NCBI GenBank assembly: GCA_965202985.1
Contig: CBDBCF010000002.1
Coordinates: 64,001-128,000 of the forward strand
Length of the DNA: 64,000 nt
Source of the DNA: Longimicrobiales bacterium
Lineage (GTDB): Bacteria > Gemmatimonadota > Gemmatimonadetes > Longimicrobiales > Gaopeijiaceae
Reading direction: 5' to 3'
The translations under genes were made by a program, and so were the position numbers. A model generated the notes under the pieces. The model searched no databases. It was given only the letters and a program-made list of their open reading frames with translations, and was not told the DNA's origin. Shown here in pieces: positions 55,169 to 64,000 of this stretch (positions are counted from its first letter, which is position 1; each line of letters starts with the position of its first letter).

Positions 55169-56449
55169 GTGCTGGACATGAGGCGGGTGCGCCGAAGCCC
55201 TGCGGAGGTGGCGGCGGCCCTGCAGCGCCGCGGACTGCAGGACGCTCGGGAACGCGTCGAAGTCCTGTGCGACCGCGATCGGGCGCGTCGCGAGGCCCTG
55301 CACGAGGTCAACGGACTCAAGGCCGAGCGCAACCAAGTCTCCAAGGAGATTGGCGAGGCGAAACGACGCGGAGAGGACGCGGCGCCCCAGATCGCCCGAA
55401 TGCGCGCGGCGGGAGATCGGATCCGCGAACTGGACGTGGCCGTGGCAGATGCGGACGCGTGGATCGTCGACGCGTTGGACGCCGTGCCCAACTTGCCCGA
55501 CGAGAGGGTGCCCCAGGGCGGCGAGGAGGCCAACCAGGTCGTCCGAACGTGGGGCGAATCGGCGACCGACCCGGCCCTCCGTCCGCACTGGGAGCTGGGC
55601 GAAGCGCTGGGGATCCTGGACCTGCCCGGCGGGGCGAAGGTCTCGGGTTCCGGGTTCCCCGTGCTGCGCGGCAAGGGGGCGGCCCTTCAGCGCGGCCTGA
55701 TCGACTGGATGATCCGAACCCACGTGGCCGACCACGGCTACACCGAGCTTCGCGTCCCCTACTTGGTGACGGGCAGGGCCATGAGGGGCACGGGCCAGCT
55801 TCCCAAGTTCGCGGAAGAGTCGTACGTGACCCGTCGCGACGGCCTGTGGCTGGTTCCGACGGCCGAAGTGCCCGTGACCAACCTTCACGCCGACGAGATC
55901 CTGAAGCCCGGTTCGCTGCCCCGAAAGTACGTGGCCTATTCGCCCTGCTTTCGGAGGGAGGCCGGCGCCGCGGGAAGGGACACGCGCGGGCTTCTGCGGG
56001 TGCACCAGTTCGACAAGGTCGAGCTCGTTCGGTTCGAGGACCCGACTTGCAGCGCCGGGGCGCTCGAGGAGCTCGTGGGCGAGGCCTCTCGAATGCTGGA
56101 GCTGCTGGGCCTGCCTCATCGCGTCGTCCTGCTGGCCGCAGGCGACCTGGGGTTCGCCGCCTCGCTCACCTACGACCTGGAGGCGTGGGCGCCCGGCACC
56201 GGGAAGTGGCTGGAGGTGTCCAGCTGCTCCACGTTCACCGACTACCAAGCCCGTCGCGCAAACATCCGTTTCCGGGCCGACGCGGGGGCCGGGGCCGAGT
56301 TCGTCCACACGCTGAACGGGTCGGGCTTGGCGCTGCCCAGAGTCATGGCCGCGCTGCTGGAGACGGGGCAGCAGCCCGACGGTTCGGTGCGCCTGCCCGA
56401 AGCGCTGGGTCCCGTGCTCGGCTTCACTGAGATCGCGCCCGGGGAGTGA
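55169..56449 (+). CDS. serS: Serine--tRNA ligase
   Basis: N-terminal coiled coil, GTGQLPKF, PTAEVP, FRREAG, RVHQFDKVE, EVSSCS, HTLNGSGLA. Confidence 0.96.
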   Translation: MLDMRRVRRSPAEVAAALQRRGLQDARERVEVLCDRDRARREALHEVNGLKAERNQVSKEIGEAKRRGEDAAPQIARMRAAGDRIRELDVAVADADAWIVDALDAVPNLPDERVPQGGEEANQVVRTWGESATDPALRPHWELGEALGILDLPGGAKVSGSGFPVLRGKGAALQRGLIDWMIRTHVADHGYTELRVPYLVTGRAMRGTGQLPKFAEESYVTRRDGLWLVPTAEVPVTNLHADEILKPGSLPRKYVAYSPCFRREAGAAGRDTRGLLRVHQFDKVELVRFEDPTCSAGALEELVGEASRMLELLGLPHRVVLLAAGDLGFAASLTYDLEAWAPGTGKWLEVSSCSTFTDYQARRANIRFRADAGAGAEFVHTLNGSGLALPRVMAALLETGQQPDGSVRLPEALGPVLGFTEIAPGE

Positions 56450-56519
56450 GCCCCGCGGGAGCCCTCGGAATCGACCCGGCGCGCCTTCCGGGCGTCGTCC
56501 CGCCGCCGGCTTCCGCCCC

Positions 56520-57749
56520 GTGACCCGCAACCGGGCCCTGCGCGTCCGAGCGGCGGGCGCGGCCCTCCGCACCTGGCCCGTCGCCCTGGCGGTGCTGTTC
56601 GTGGCGCTGCTCGCCTGGTACATGGTCTACACGGCCGAGATCATCCGCTCCCGCCAGTCGGACGCCGAGACCTTCACCCGCATCTACGCGGACGTGCAAC
56701 AGGGCCTGACAAGCCCGGCACCCGGAGCGGAGCTGACCACGCTGGTGCACCTGCAACAGGAGATCCTGGAACTGGGCGTGCCGTTCGTGGTGACGACCGA
56801 ACCGGGAGGCGTCTACAACACTTCGGCCAACTTGCCGTTCCCCGTGTCGGAGCCGCCCACGCCGCGGGACGTCGAGCGCATACTGGCGTTCGCCGCGGAA
56901 CTCGACGCTCGGAACCGGCCGGTCGGCGACTCGACGGCCCAGCTGGTCCACTACGGCGTCACGCCCGAAGCTGCGCGGCTTCAGTGGATGCCCTTCCTGT
57001 GGGCGTCCGGCCTCTTGATCACCGTCCTGCTCGCCTCGACGGTGTTTCGGTACCAAAGGCGGGCGGCCGTGGAGCGGGCGTGGACGGCGATGGCCCGCGA
57101 ACTCGCGCACCAGCTGGGGACGCCGATCAGCTCGCTTCAGGGATGGGCCGAAGTGCTGGGGCTTCCGCCCGACGAGCGCCCGGGCGACATGTCCCGGCAG
57201 GACATCGCGTCGGCGATCGAAGAGGACATGGTGCGCCTCGAGAGGATCAGTTGCCGCTTCGAGCTCATCGGGCGGGAGCCGGAACTGGGGCGCGTGTCGC
57301 TTAGGGACGTGATCGGCGAACTGCGCGGCTACCTGGAGGCCCGGTTGCCGCGACTGGGTTCGGGCGTGGCCCTCCATGTGGACGTGCCCGGCGACTTGCC
57401 CGACGTGCAGGGACACGCCGTGTTGCTGGCGTGGGCCTTGGAGAACTTGGTGAAGAACGCCCTGGACGCCGTGGCCGGCACCGGCGGGTCGATCACCATT
57501 TCGGCGCGCCCCGCGGAGGGGCGATGGGTGGCGCTCCGAATCCGCGACACGGGGCCGGGGATCGCCGCCGACATCCGCGACAAGATCTTCGACCCGGGCG
57601 TGACCACCAAGTCCGGCGGCTGGGGCGTGGGTCTGGCCTTGACGCGCCGCATCGTGGAGGGCGTTCACGGCGGAAGGGTCGAGCTGCTGGACCGGTGGGA
57701 GCGGGGCGTTACGTTCCAGGTTCGCCTTCCCCGCGCCGCCGGTCTCTGA
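56520..57749 (+). CDS. Membrane sensor histidine kinase
   Basis: Two TM segments; H-box ELAHQLGTPIS, N-box ENLVKNALDA, DTGPG, FDPGVTTK, GVGL. Confidence 0.9.
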   Translation: MTRNRALRVRAAGAALRTWPVALAVLFVALLAWYMVYTAEIIRSRQSDAETFTRIYADVQQGLTSPAPGAELTTLVHLQQEILELGVPFVVTTEPGGVYNTSANLPFPVSEPPTPRDVERILAFAAELDARNRPVGDSTAQLVHYGVTPEAARLQWMPFLWASGLLITVLLASTVFRYQRRAAVERAWTAMARELAHQLGTPISSLQGWAEVLGLPPDERPGDMSRQDIASAIEEDMVRLERISCRFELIGREPELGRVSLRDVIGELRGYLEARLPRLGSGVALHVDVPGDLPDVQGHAVLLAWALENLVKNALDAVAGTGGSITISARPAEGRWVALRIRDTGPGIAADIRDKIFDPGVTTKSGGWGVGLALTRRIVEGVHGGRVELLDRWERGVTFQVRLPRAAGL

Positions 57750-57766
57750 GCCCGCGTCCCCGAACC

Positions 57767-60031
57767 ATGTCCTCGCATCCACGCCGCCGGCCAGCCCAGT
57801 CCGCGCTGCTGGACGCCCTGAACCCCGAGCAGCGCGACGCCGCCGAGCACTTCGAGGGGCCGTGCCTGGTGCTGGCCGGCGCCGGCTCGGGCAAGACGCG
57901 GGTGCTCACCACGCGCCTCTGCCGGCTGATCCAGGAGCATGGAGTCTCCCCCGGCCGGATCATGGCCGTCACCTTCACGAACAAGGCGGCGGGCGAGATG
58001 CGCGACCGCGTGTCGGCCATGCTGGGGGCCGCGCCGGCGGGCGCATGGATCGGGACGTTCCACTCGATCGGAGCGCGGCTGCTTCGCCGACACGCGCCGG
58101 TGGCGGGGCTCGCCCGGACGTTCTCGATCCTGGACGCCGAGCAGTCGCTGCGGCAGGTGCGGCGCGCCACGGAAGAGGCCGGGCTGGACCCCAAACGCTG
58201 GGCCAAGGCCGTCCGCAACCTGATCTCCGACGCCAAGAACCAGGTGGTGGAGCCTCGCGAGTTCGCGGAGCTGCACGAGGCCGCCGCCGAGATCGAGGTC
58301 CGCTACGCCACCCGCGTTTATCCCCTCTACCGCAAGGCGCTGCGGGCCCAGGACGCCGTGGACTTCGACGACCTCCTGCTGCTGCCGGTGCGCCTGTTGG
58401 AGGAGAACGAAGGGCTGCTGGAGCAGTACCGGGAGCGCTTCGCGTTCGTCCTCGTGGACGAGTACCAGGACACGAACCACGCCCAGTTCCGGTTGCTGCG
58501 GCTGCTGGCCGCGAACCACGGCAACCTCATGGCGGTCGGCGACGACGACCAGAGCATCTACGGATGGCGGGGCGCCGACATCGGCAACATACTGGACTTC
58601 GAGCGGAGCTTCCCCGGCGCAAAGGTCGTCCGACTCGAGCAGAACTATCGGTCCACGCAAGTCATCCTGGACGCCGCCAACATCGTCATCCGTCAAAACC
58701 GGCATCGAAGGGCCAAGACCCTGCGCACCGACCGCCAGGGCGGGGAAGCCGTCACCTGCGCCATCGCCGCGGACGAACGCGACGAGGCCCGCTGGATCGT
58801 GCGCGAGATCGAACGCCGCATGCTGTCGAGCCCCTCGCTGGACCACCGCGACTTTGCGGTGCTGTACCGCACCAACGCCCAGGCGCGCGCTCTGGAGGAA
58901 GGCTTTCTCCGAAGAGGCGTTCCCTACCAAGTCGTGGGGGGAGTCCGCTTCTACGAGCGTCGGGAGATTCAGGACGTCCTGGCGTACCTGCGCCTGGTGT
59001 CCAATCCGCTGGATCAAGACGCCTTCGAACGCGCGGTCAACTACCCCCGGAGGGGCGTGGGGCGGGTCACGCGGGAGCGGGTGCTCGCGGTGGCCGCGGA
59101 GTCGGGCGCCAGCTGCTTGCAGGTGGCCGAAGAGGCGGGCCGCATCGGCGGATTCACACGGGCGGGGGCCAGGGGGCTCGTCGAGTTCGCCGGGCTGGTG
59201 CGGCGTTGCCGCCAAAGGGCCGCCGAGGTCGCGGTGGGCGCGCTGCTGGACGAGCTGGTCGAGGAGTTGGACCTGCTGCCGCTGTTGCGAAGCGAGGGTC
59301 CCGACGGAAGCGACCGGGCCGACAACGTGCGCGAGCTGATCGACGGCGCCAAGGACTTTCGGGCCGAGCCGGCGACGGACGACGGCCAGGACGAGGACGA
59401 CTTCACCGACCTGGACCTCTTCCTTCAGCAGGTCGCTCTGGTGGCGGACGTGGACCGGCACGACTCGGCCGCGGACGCCGTGACGCTCATGACGCTGCAC
59501 AGCGCCAAGGGGCTGGAGTTCCCCGTCGTCTTCATGAGCGGCATGGAAGAGGGCCTGTTCCCGCTGGCCCGGGCCTACGACGAGGAGCACCTGCTCGAAG
59601 AGGAACGGCGGCTCTGCTACGTGGGCGTCACCCGCGCCCGCGAGAAGCTGTACTTGACGCACGCCGCGCGCCGTCGCAGGGCCGGAGAGGTCGCGTTCGG
59701 CACGCTTTCGTCGTTCGTCCGGCTCATGGAGGGACTGGAGTCGGCCGGCACCGGCCAAACGTCTGGATACGCCGCGGGGTTCCGAGCCGGCCGCGACGCC
59801 GAGCAGCCTCCCTCGCGCCGCTACGGGGACGACCGCGACTTCGGCGACCTCAACCAGGACCGCCCCGCCTACTACAAGGGCGCCCGCGTGCGCCATGAGA
59901 CCTTCGGCGCGGGGACGATCCTGGAGGTGACGGGCTTCGGCCCGGACACGAAGGTGGCCGTGCGCTTCGACCAAGCTGGCCGAAAGAAGCTCCTCCTCCG
60001 CTACGCGAAGCTCGAGCGCGACGGATACTAG
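57767..60031 (+). CDS. pcrA: ATP-dependent DNA helicase PcrA/UvrD
   Basis: LAGAGSGKT, TFTNKAA, VDEYQDTN, VGDDDQSIY, QNYRS, TLHSAKGLEF, EERRLCYVGVTRA, C-terminal Tudor-like domain. Confidence 0.93.
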   Translation: MSSHPRRRPAQSALLDALNPEQRDAAEHFEGPCLVLAGAGSGKTRVLTTRLCRLIQEHGVSPGRIMAVTFTNKAAGEMRDRVSAMLGAAPAGAWIGTFHSIGARLLRRHAPVAGLARTFSILDAEQSLRQVRRATEEAGLDPKRWAKAVRNLISDAKNQVVEPREFAELHEAAAEIEVRYATRVYPLYRKALRAQDAVDFDDLLLLPVRLLEENEGLLEQYRERFAFVLVDEYQDTNHAQFRLLRLLAANHGNLMAVGDDDQSIYGWRGADIGNILDFERSFPGAKVVRLEQNYRSTQVILDAANIVIRQNRHRRAKTLRTDRQGGEAVTCAIAADERDEARWIVREIERRMLSSPSLDHRDFAVLYRTNAQARALEEGFLRRGVPYQVVGGVRFYERREIQDVLAYLRLVSNPLDQDAFERAVNYPRRGVGRVTRERVLAVAAESGASCLQVAEEAGRIGGFTRAGARGLVEFAGLVRRCRQRAAEVAVGALLDELVEELDLLPLLRSEGPDGSDRADNVRELIDGAKDFRAEPATDDGQDEDDFTDLDLFLQQVALVADVDRHDSAADAVTLMTLHSAKGLEFPVVFMSGMEEGLFPLARAYDEEHLLEEERRLCYVGVTRAREKLYLTHAARRRRAGEVAFGTLSSFVRLMEGLESAGTGQTSGYAAGFRAGRDAEQPPSRRYGDDRDFGDLNQDRPAYYKGARVRHETFGAGTILEVTGFGPDTKVAVRFDQAGRKKLLLRYAKLERDGY

Positions 60032-60051
60032 GGTGGGGCTGACCCCTTCGA

Positions 60052-60498
60052 CTACTGCTCGCCGCTCTCGCCCGTGCGACGGTTGATCTCCGCGAGGAGC
60101 CGCTGGTCCCCCGCGCGCATCGAATCCGCCAGTTCCCTGATCTGTGCCAGGAGCCGCTGCTCAGTTACCCGAATGGAGTCTCCCAGTTCGCCGATCTGCG
60201 CCAAGCCCGAGTTCCTCATTTCTTCAATGGCCTCCCGCACCTCGCCGATCTGGTCCTCCAGCCGGTCCTCCATTCGGTTTAGCTGGCCCAGAAAGACGGT
60301 CATGAGCAGGGCCGTCACGCTTCCGAACGCGACAACCACCGAGACCACAACGCCCGCTGGCGTGTTCAGGACCTGCCAAGCGCCAATCCATGCATTTCCT
60401 GTTCCATGGCCTGCTTCGAGGCGACCCGCCTCGCCCCGATTGGCCCCTGGGGCTTCCACCGATCCTTTCTCGGACCGTTGATCGTCCGCAGTCCTCAT
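60052..60498 (-). CDS. Hypothetical protein with one TM segment and a coiled coil of 18-aa repeats
   Basis: GGAGG upstream of ATG 60498; hydrophobic GVVVSVVVAFGSVTALLMTVF; 54-nt period (GATCT at 60085, 60139, 60193, 60247). Confidence 0.55.
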   Translation of the reverse strand: MRTADDQRSEKGSVEAPGANRGEAGRLEAGHGTGNAWIGAWQVLNTPAGVVVSVVVAFGSVTALLMTVFLGQLNRMEDRLEDQIGEVREAIEEMRNSGLAQIGELGDSIRVTEQRLLAQIRELADSMRAGDQRLLAEINRRTGESGEQ

Positions 60499-60694
60499 TC
60501 TCGCTGCCTCCTCCGGTTCGGCTCTGCGTGTTGGGGCGCCCCCCGACACTCGCAAAGGCTGCAGGGGATGCCGAGAACCTGCAACATCGCAACGAAATGG
60601 CGGCTACGCAATGGCCCTCGCCATATCCCGCAAGACGCCGCAAGGACCATGTTGGATCGCCTTCGCCGATGATCGGCGATGACCCACCCGGCGC

Positions 60695-61288
60695 CTAGGA
60701 GCCGGCGGGACCGCCTTCGCCTTCCCCTTCGCCGCCCTCGCCCTCCGCGGGCTGGGGACCGCTGCGCTTCGCCAGCCAGCCGGCCCCGGCTCGCACGGTA
60801 CGCAGCTTGGCCGCCGCCTCGAGCACGGCTTCCTCGGCTTCCGACTGCGCCAGGTCCAGCACCGCCGACAGGTCCGCCAAGCGGGCCCGCACCTGAGCCG
60901 CCGCCTCGTCGATGCCGCCGGCCACACCGCCAAGGGACTGGTTGAGGCGCTCCACCTCCGCGCGCACGGCCGCGATCAGCTCGTCCACGTTTCGGGCCGC
61001 ATTGGCGGCGTGGTCGATCACGGGGCGGAACTGCATGCGCGTTTCCCGCACGAACCCGGTCCAGCTTCGCGACAGCCTGCGAACCTCGACCAGCACCATG
61101 ACCGAGACGACCAGGAAGAACAGGATCACCGCCCCCAGCGCGCCGGCGGCCCAGAGCGACGCGGACGCCAAGCCGCCCAAGCCCTGCCGGGCGCGAGCGA
61201 TCACGCTGTCCAGGGCCGGTTCCATGCTGTCCCAGGCCACGGCCACGGCCACGGTGTCCTGCGACTGCTGAAGAAGGGAATCGATCAT
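60695..61288 (-). CDS. Hypothetical membrane-anchored helical protein (DUF948-like)
   Basis: Single TM segment followed by long amphipathic helices; divergent from murA. Confidence 0.5.
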   Translation of the reverse strand: MIDSLLQQSQDTVAVAVAWDSMEPALDSVIARARQGLGGLASASLWAAGALGAVILFFLVVSVMVLVEVRRLSRSWTGFVRETRMQFRPVIDHAANAARNVDELIAAVRAEVERLNQSLGGVAGGIDEAAAQVRARLADLSAVLDLAQSEAEEAVLEAAAKLRTVRAGAGWLAKRSGPQPAEGEGGEGEGEGGPAGS

Positions 61289-61382
61289 GACCCCAATATA
61301 CGGCCCACGCCGCGCGTTGCGCCAAGGGACGACACCGGGACGGCGGCGCCCCGCAACGCGGAAAGACGGTATCTTTCGCTCC

Positions 61383-62666
61383 ATGCCGACCTACGTGGTG
61401 TCGGGCGGACGCCCGCTGAGCGGGACGATCCGTCCCTCGGGAAACAAGAACGCCGCGCTGCCCGTTCTGGCCGCCACGCTCATGTCGGAGGGCCGCGTCG
61501 AGGTGGGCAAGGTGCCGCGCATCCGCGACGTGCTGACCCTCTTGGAGATCATGGAGTCGCTGGGCGCCGGCGTCGAATGGACGGGACCCAACACCGTCGC
61601 GGTGGACGCCTCCCGTGTCGATTCCGGACGGCCCGACGCCGCCCTGGCCGAGCGCATCCGCGCCAGCATCCTGTTGGCGGGACCCTTGCTCGCCCGCTTC
61701 GGGACCGTGTCGCTGCCGCCGCCGGGCGGCGACGTGATCGGGCGCCGTCGGCTGGACACCCACCTTCTAGCCTTCCGGGCGCTGGGCGCCTCGGTGGACG
61801 CTTCCGGCGACTTGAAGATCGAGGCGCCTGCCGGTGGCTTGGCGGGGGCCGACATGTTCTTGGACGAGCCGTCGGTCACCGCCACCGAGAACGCGGTCAT
61901 GGCCGCCACCCTGGCAAGGGGCGAGACCCGGATCCGCAACGCGGCCGCCGAGCCCCACGTGCAGGACGTTTGCCGCGCCGTCAACGCCATGGGCGGCGAC
62001 GTGCGGGGCGCGGGAAGCTCGACGTTGGTGGTGCGGGGCGCGGGCGCGCTGGGGGACGGCGCCGTCGAGATCGGCTCGGACCACATCGAGACCGGCTCCT
62101 TCATCGGCCTGGCCTCGGTCACGCGAAGCCGTCTGACGATCGAAGACGCTCCCGTCGAGCACCTGGACTCGACCTTGATCGGGTTTCGACGCCTGGGGAT
62201 CGACTGTCGGATCGAAGGCCGCAACTTGATCGTGGACGGCCGAGAGACGCCCGAGATCCAGATGGACGCCTTCGGCCACGTGCCCAAGGTGGACGACGGG
62301 CCCTGGCCGGCCTTCCCCGCGGACCTGACCTCGATTGCGGTGGTGGCCGCCACCCAGGCCCGGGGCTCGGTCCTGGTCCACGAGAAGATGTTCGAATCCC
62401 GCATGTTCTTCACCGACAAGCTGGTGGGCATGGGCGCCCGGATCATCCTGTGCGACCCCCACCGCGTCATGGTCGTGGGGCCGTCGCCCCTGCGCGGAGC
62501 CGTGGTGGAAAGCCCGGACATCCGCGCCGGGATGGCCATTCTCATCGCCGCGCTGGGCGCCCGCGGCCAAAGCCGCATCGGCAACGCGGGGCAGATCGAG
62601 CGCGGCTACGAAAGGATCGACGAGCGACTCTCGGCGCTGGGCGCTGCCGTCGAGCGCGTCGCGTAG
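61383..62666 (+). CDS. murA: UDP-N-acetylglucosamine 1-carboxyvinyltransferase (Asp at the position equivalent to Cys115)
   Basis: SGNKNAALP, RASILLAGPL, PGGDVIGRR, SVTATEN, NAAAEP, PAFPADL, FESR, DIRAG, IERGYE. Confidence 0.93.
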   Translation: MPTYVVSGGRPLSGTIRPSGNKNAALPVLAATLMSEGRVEVGKVPRIRDVLTLLEIMESLGAGVEWTGPNTVAVDASRVDSGRPDAALAERIRASILLAGPLLARFGTVSLPPPGGDVIGRRRLDTHLLAFRALGASVDASGDLKIEAPAGGLAGADMFLDEPSVTATENAVMAATLARGETRIRNAAAEPHVQDVCRAVNAMGGDVRGAGSSTLVVRGAGALGDGAVEIGSDHIETGSFIGLASVTRSRLTIEDAPVEHLDSTLIGFRRLGIDCRIEGRNLIVDGRETPEIQMDAFGHVPKVDDGPWPAFPADLTSIAVVAATQARGSVLVHEKMFESRMFFTDKLVGMGARIILCDPHRVMVVGPSPLRGAVVESPDIRAGMAILIAALGARGQSRIGNAGQIERGYERIDERLSALGAAVERVA

Positions 62667-62687
62667 GCTTCCCGCGTCGCGCAACTC

Positions 62688-62716
62688 TCGACCAAGGCCC
62701 TTCTTCCGGCTATACT
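62688..62716 (+). promoter_or_regulatory. Sigma70-type promoter for rimP-nusA
   Basis: TCGACC, 17-bp spacer, TATACT. Confidence 0.6.
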
Positions 62717-62754
62717 ACGTGGGTAGGCGGGGCCGCGCCGGGCGGTCCTATCGG

Positions 62755-62786
62755 AAGTGGGGGAGATGCTGGCCCCTGCTTTTTTT
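62755..62786 (+). terminator. rimP-leader attenuator-like intrinsic terminator
   Basis: AAGTGGGGG-loop-CCCCTGCTT stem (with G-U pairs) running into a T7 tract, in the 5' leader of rimP. Confidence 0.7.
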
Positions 62787-62813
62787 GTCCCCATTGCCCC
62801 GGAGGGCCGCGCC

Positions 62814-63311
62814 ATGGCGCCAGACAGGCTGGAGCTCCAAGCCGAGTTGGAGGAACGGCTGGCGAGTCTTGGGTACGACTTGGTCCAGCTGGAGTGGGCC
62901 GGTTCGCCCAAGCGCCCCGTATTGCGTCTTCGCGTCGAGCATTCCTCGCTGGACCGGCCCGTCTTCTTGGCCGACTGCGCCCAGGCGAGCCGGCGCTTGC
63001 AGTCTTGGTTGGACTCGGAGCCCCGGATGCCCGACGGCTACGTGCTCGAAGTCTCTTCCCCCGGAATCGAACGCCCGCTGACCCGGACCCGCGACTTCGT
63101 CCGCTTCCGTGGACACCGGGTCGCGGTCAAGGGGCGCGGCGTGCTTTGCGGTCGGGCCGCCCGCCTCGAGGGCGAACTCCTGGGTGCGGGGCCCGTCAGC
63201 GAAGGCGGGGCCGCTTCGATCCGCCTTCGGCTGCAGAACGGCGACGAGGTGGACGTTCCCCGATCCGAGGTGCGGGATGCCCGGCTGGTTTGCGATTGGG
63301 GGGCCCGATGA
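62814..63311 (+). CDS. rimP: Ribosome maturation factor RimP
   Basis: DCAQASR, YVLEVSSPGIERPL; GGAGG upstream; precedes nusA. Confidence 0.9.
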   Translation: MAPDRLELQAELEERLASLGYDLVQLEWAGSPKRPVLRLRVEHSSLDRPVFLADCAQASRRLQSWLDSEPRMPDGYVLEVSSPGIERPLTRTRDFVRFRGHRVAVKGRGVLCGRAARLEGELLGAGPVSEGGAASIRLRLQNGDEVDVPRSEVRDARLVCDWGAR

Positions 63312-64000
63312 GCAACACCGGCCCGATCATCGCGGCGTTCCGGGACATCGCCGCGACCAAGAGCCTGGAACCGGAAGAGGTGAACGCGCTCATTCGGGAG
63401 GGCATCCACGCCGGTCTGGCGCGCATCTACGGGCCCAACGTGAACACGGAGATCGTGATCGACGAACAGGCCGGGGACATCGAGATGACCGTCCTCAGGC
63501 GCGTGGTCGAGGCGGTGGAGGACTCGTCCTCGGAGATCTCCTTGGAGGAGGCGCACTGGGACGACCCCACCTACGAAGTCGGCGACGTCATGGAGATCCC
63601 GGTCACCTTCGCCGAGTTCGGCCGCAACGCGGTCATGGCCGCCAAGCAGCGCATCGTGCAGCTCGTCAGAGAGGGGGAGCGCCAGCGCATCCGCGACGAG
63701 TACGGCGGCCGAGTGGGCGAACTGCTCTCGGGCGAGGTCCAGCAGATCGAGCGCGGCAAGCTGGTGCTCGTGCTGAACCGCTCTCGCGACGCGGAGGCGA
63801 TCATCCCCTGGAAGGAGCAGAACCCCAGGGAGCGCTTCCGCCAGGGCGAGTCGATCCGGGCCGTGCTCAAGAAGGTGGACGAGACGGCCAAGGGGCCTCG
63901 GCTGGTGTTCTCGCGGGCTGATCCCCTGTTCGTGGCGGCGCTGTTCAAGCTGGAGGTGCCCGAGATCTACCAGGGGATCGTGGACATCAAGGAGCTGACG
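63308..64000 (+). CDS. nusA: Transcription termination factor NusA, N-terminal part (runs off the window)
   Basis: My translation from ATG 63308 gives MSNTGPIIAAF...EFGRNAVMAAKQRIVQ...GELLSGEV...LFKLEVPEIYQG; ATGA overlap with rimP. Confidence 0.92.
   Translation, partial: MSNTGPIIAAFRDIAATKSLEPEEVNALIREGIHAGLARIYGPNVNTEIVIDEQAGDIEMTVLRRVVEAVEDSSSEISLEEAHWDDPTYEVGDVMEIPVTFAEFGRNAVMAAKQRIVQLVREGERQRIRDEYGGRVGELLSGEVQQIERGKLVLVLNRSRDAEAIIPWKEQNPRERFRQGESIRAVLKKVDETAKGPRLVFSRADPLFVAALFKLEVPEIYQGIVDIKELT

Overview
High-GC bacterial chromosomal window. The gene content and order suggest a Gemmatimonadota-like organism (inference, not tested). The backbone is housekeeping and rich in proteostasis genes: trmFO-xerC-[insert]-hslV-hslU-argF-gcvT-sigma54 activator; then on the minus strand dnaK-degP, tRNA-Leu(TAG)-tig-clpP-clpX-lon-engB; then nupC-punA, manC, serS, a histidine kinase, pcrA/uvrD, murA and rimP-nusA. 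Three accessory blocks interrupt it. (1) A frameshifted IS1380-family element sits exactly at the start codon of a 14.4-kb autotransporter adhesin gene (27 Ig-like repeats, 5 cadherin repeats) that carries a C16 tract in its first codons. (2) A defence-like island at 36.4-43.7 kb holds a STAND/NACHT NTPase with a C-terminal PD-(D/E)xK-like domain, an AAA_14/DUF4143 protein, and an ABC ATPase plus TOPRIM-like pair. (3) A decaying island at 47.9-51.1 kb holds an intact M.PvuII-like methyltransferase, a truncated restriction nuclease fused back-to-back with a broken ATPase-TOPRIM gene, and a DUF4143 remnant. The most striking non-coding signal is upstream of dnaK: a near-consensus sigma54 -24/-12 promoter with three phased 17-bp palindromes (CCTGCCAwTTTGGCAGG) at enhancer distance, suggesting enhancer-activated sigma54 control of dnaK-degP. 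All calls come from reading motifs by eye; no database searches were run, and several start codons are estimates.
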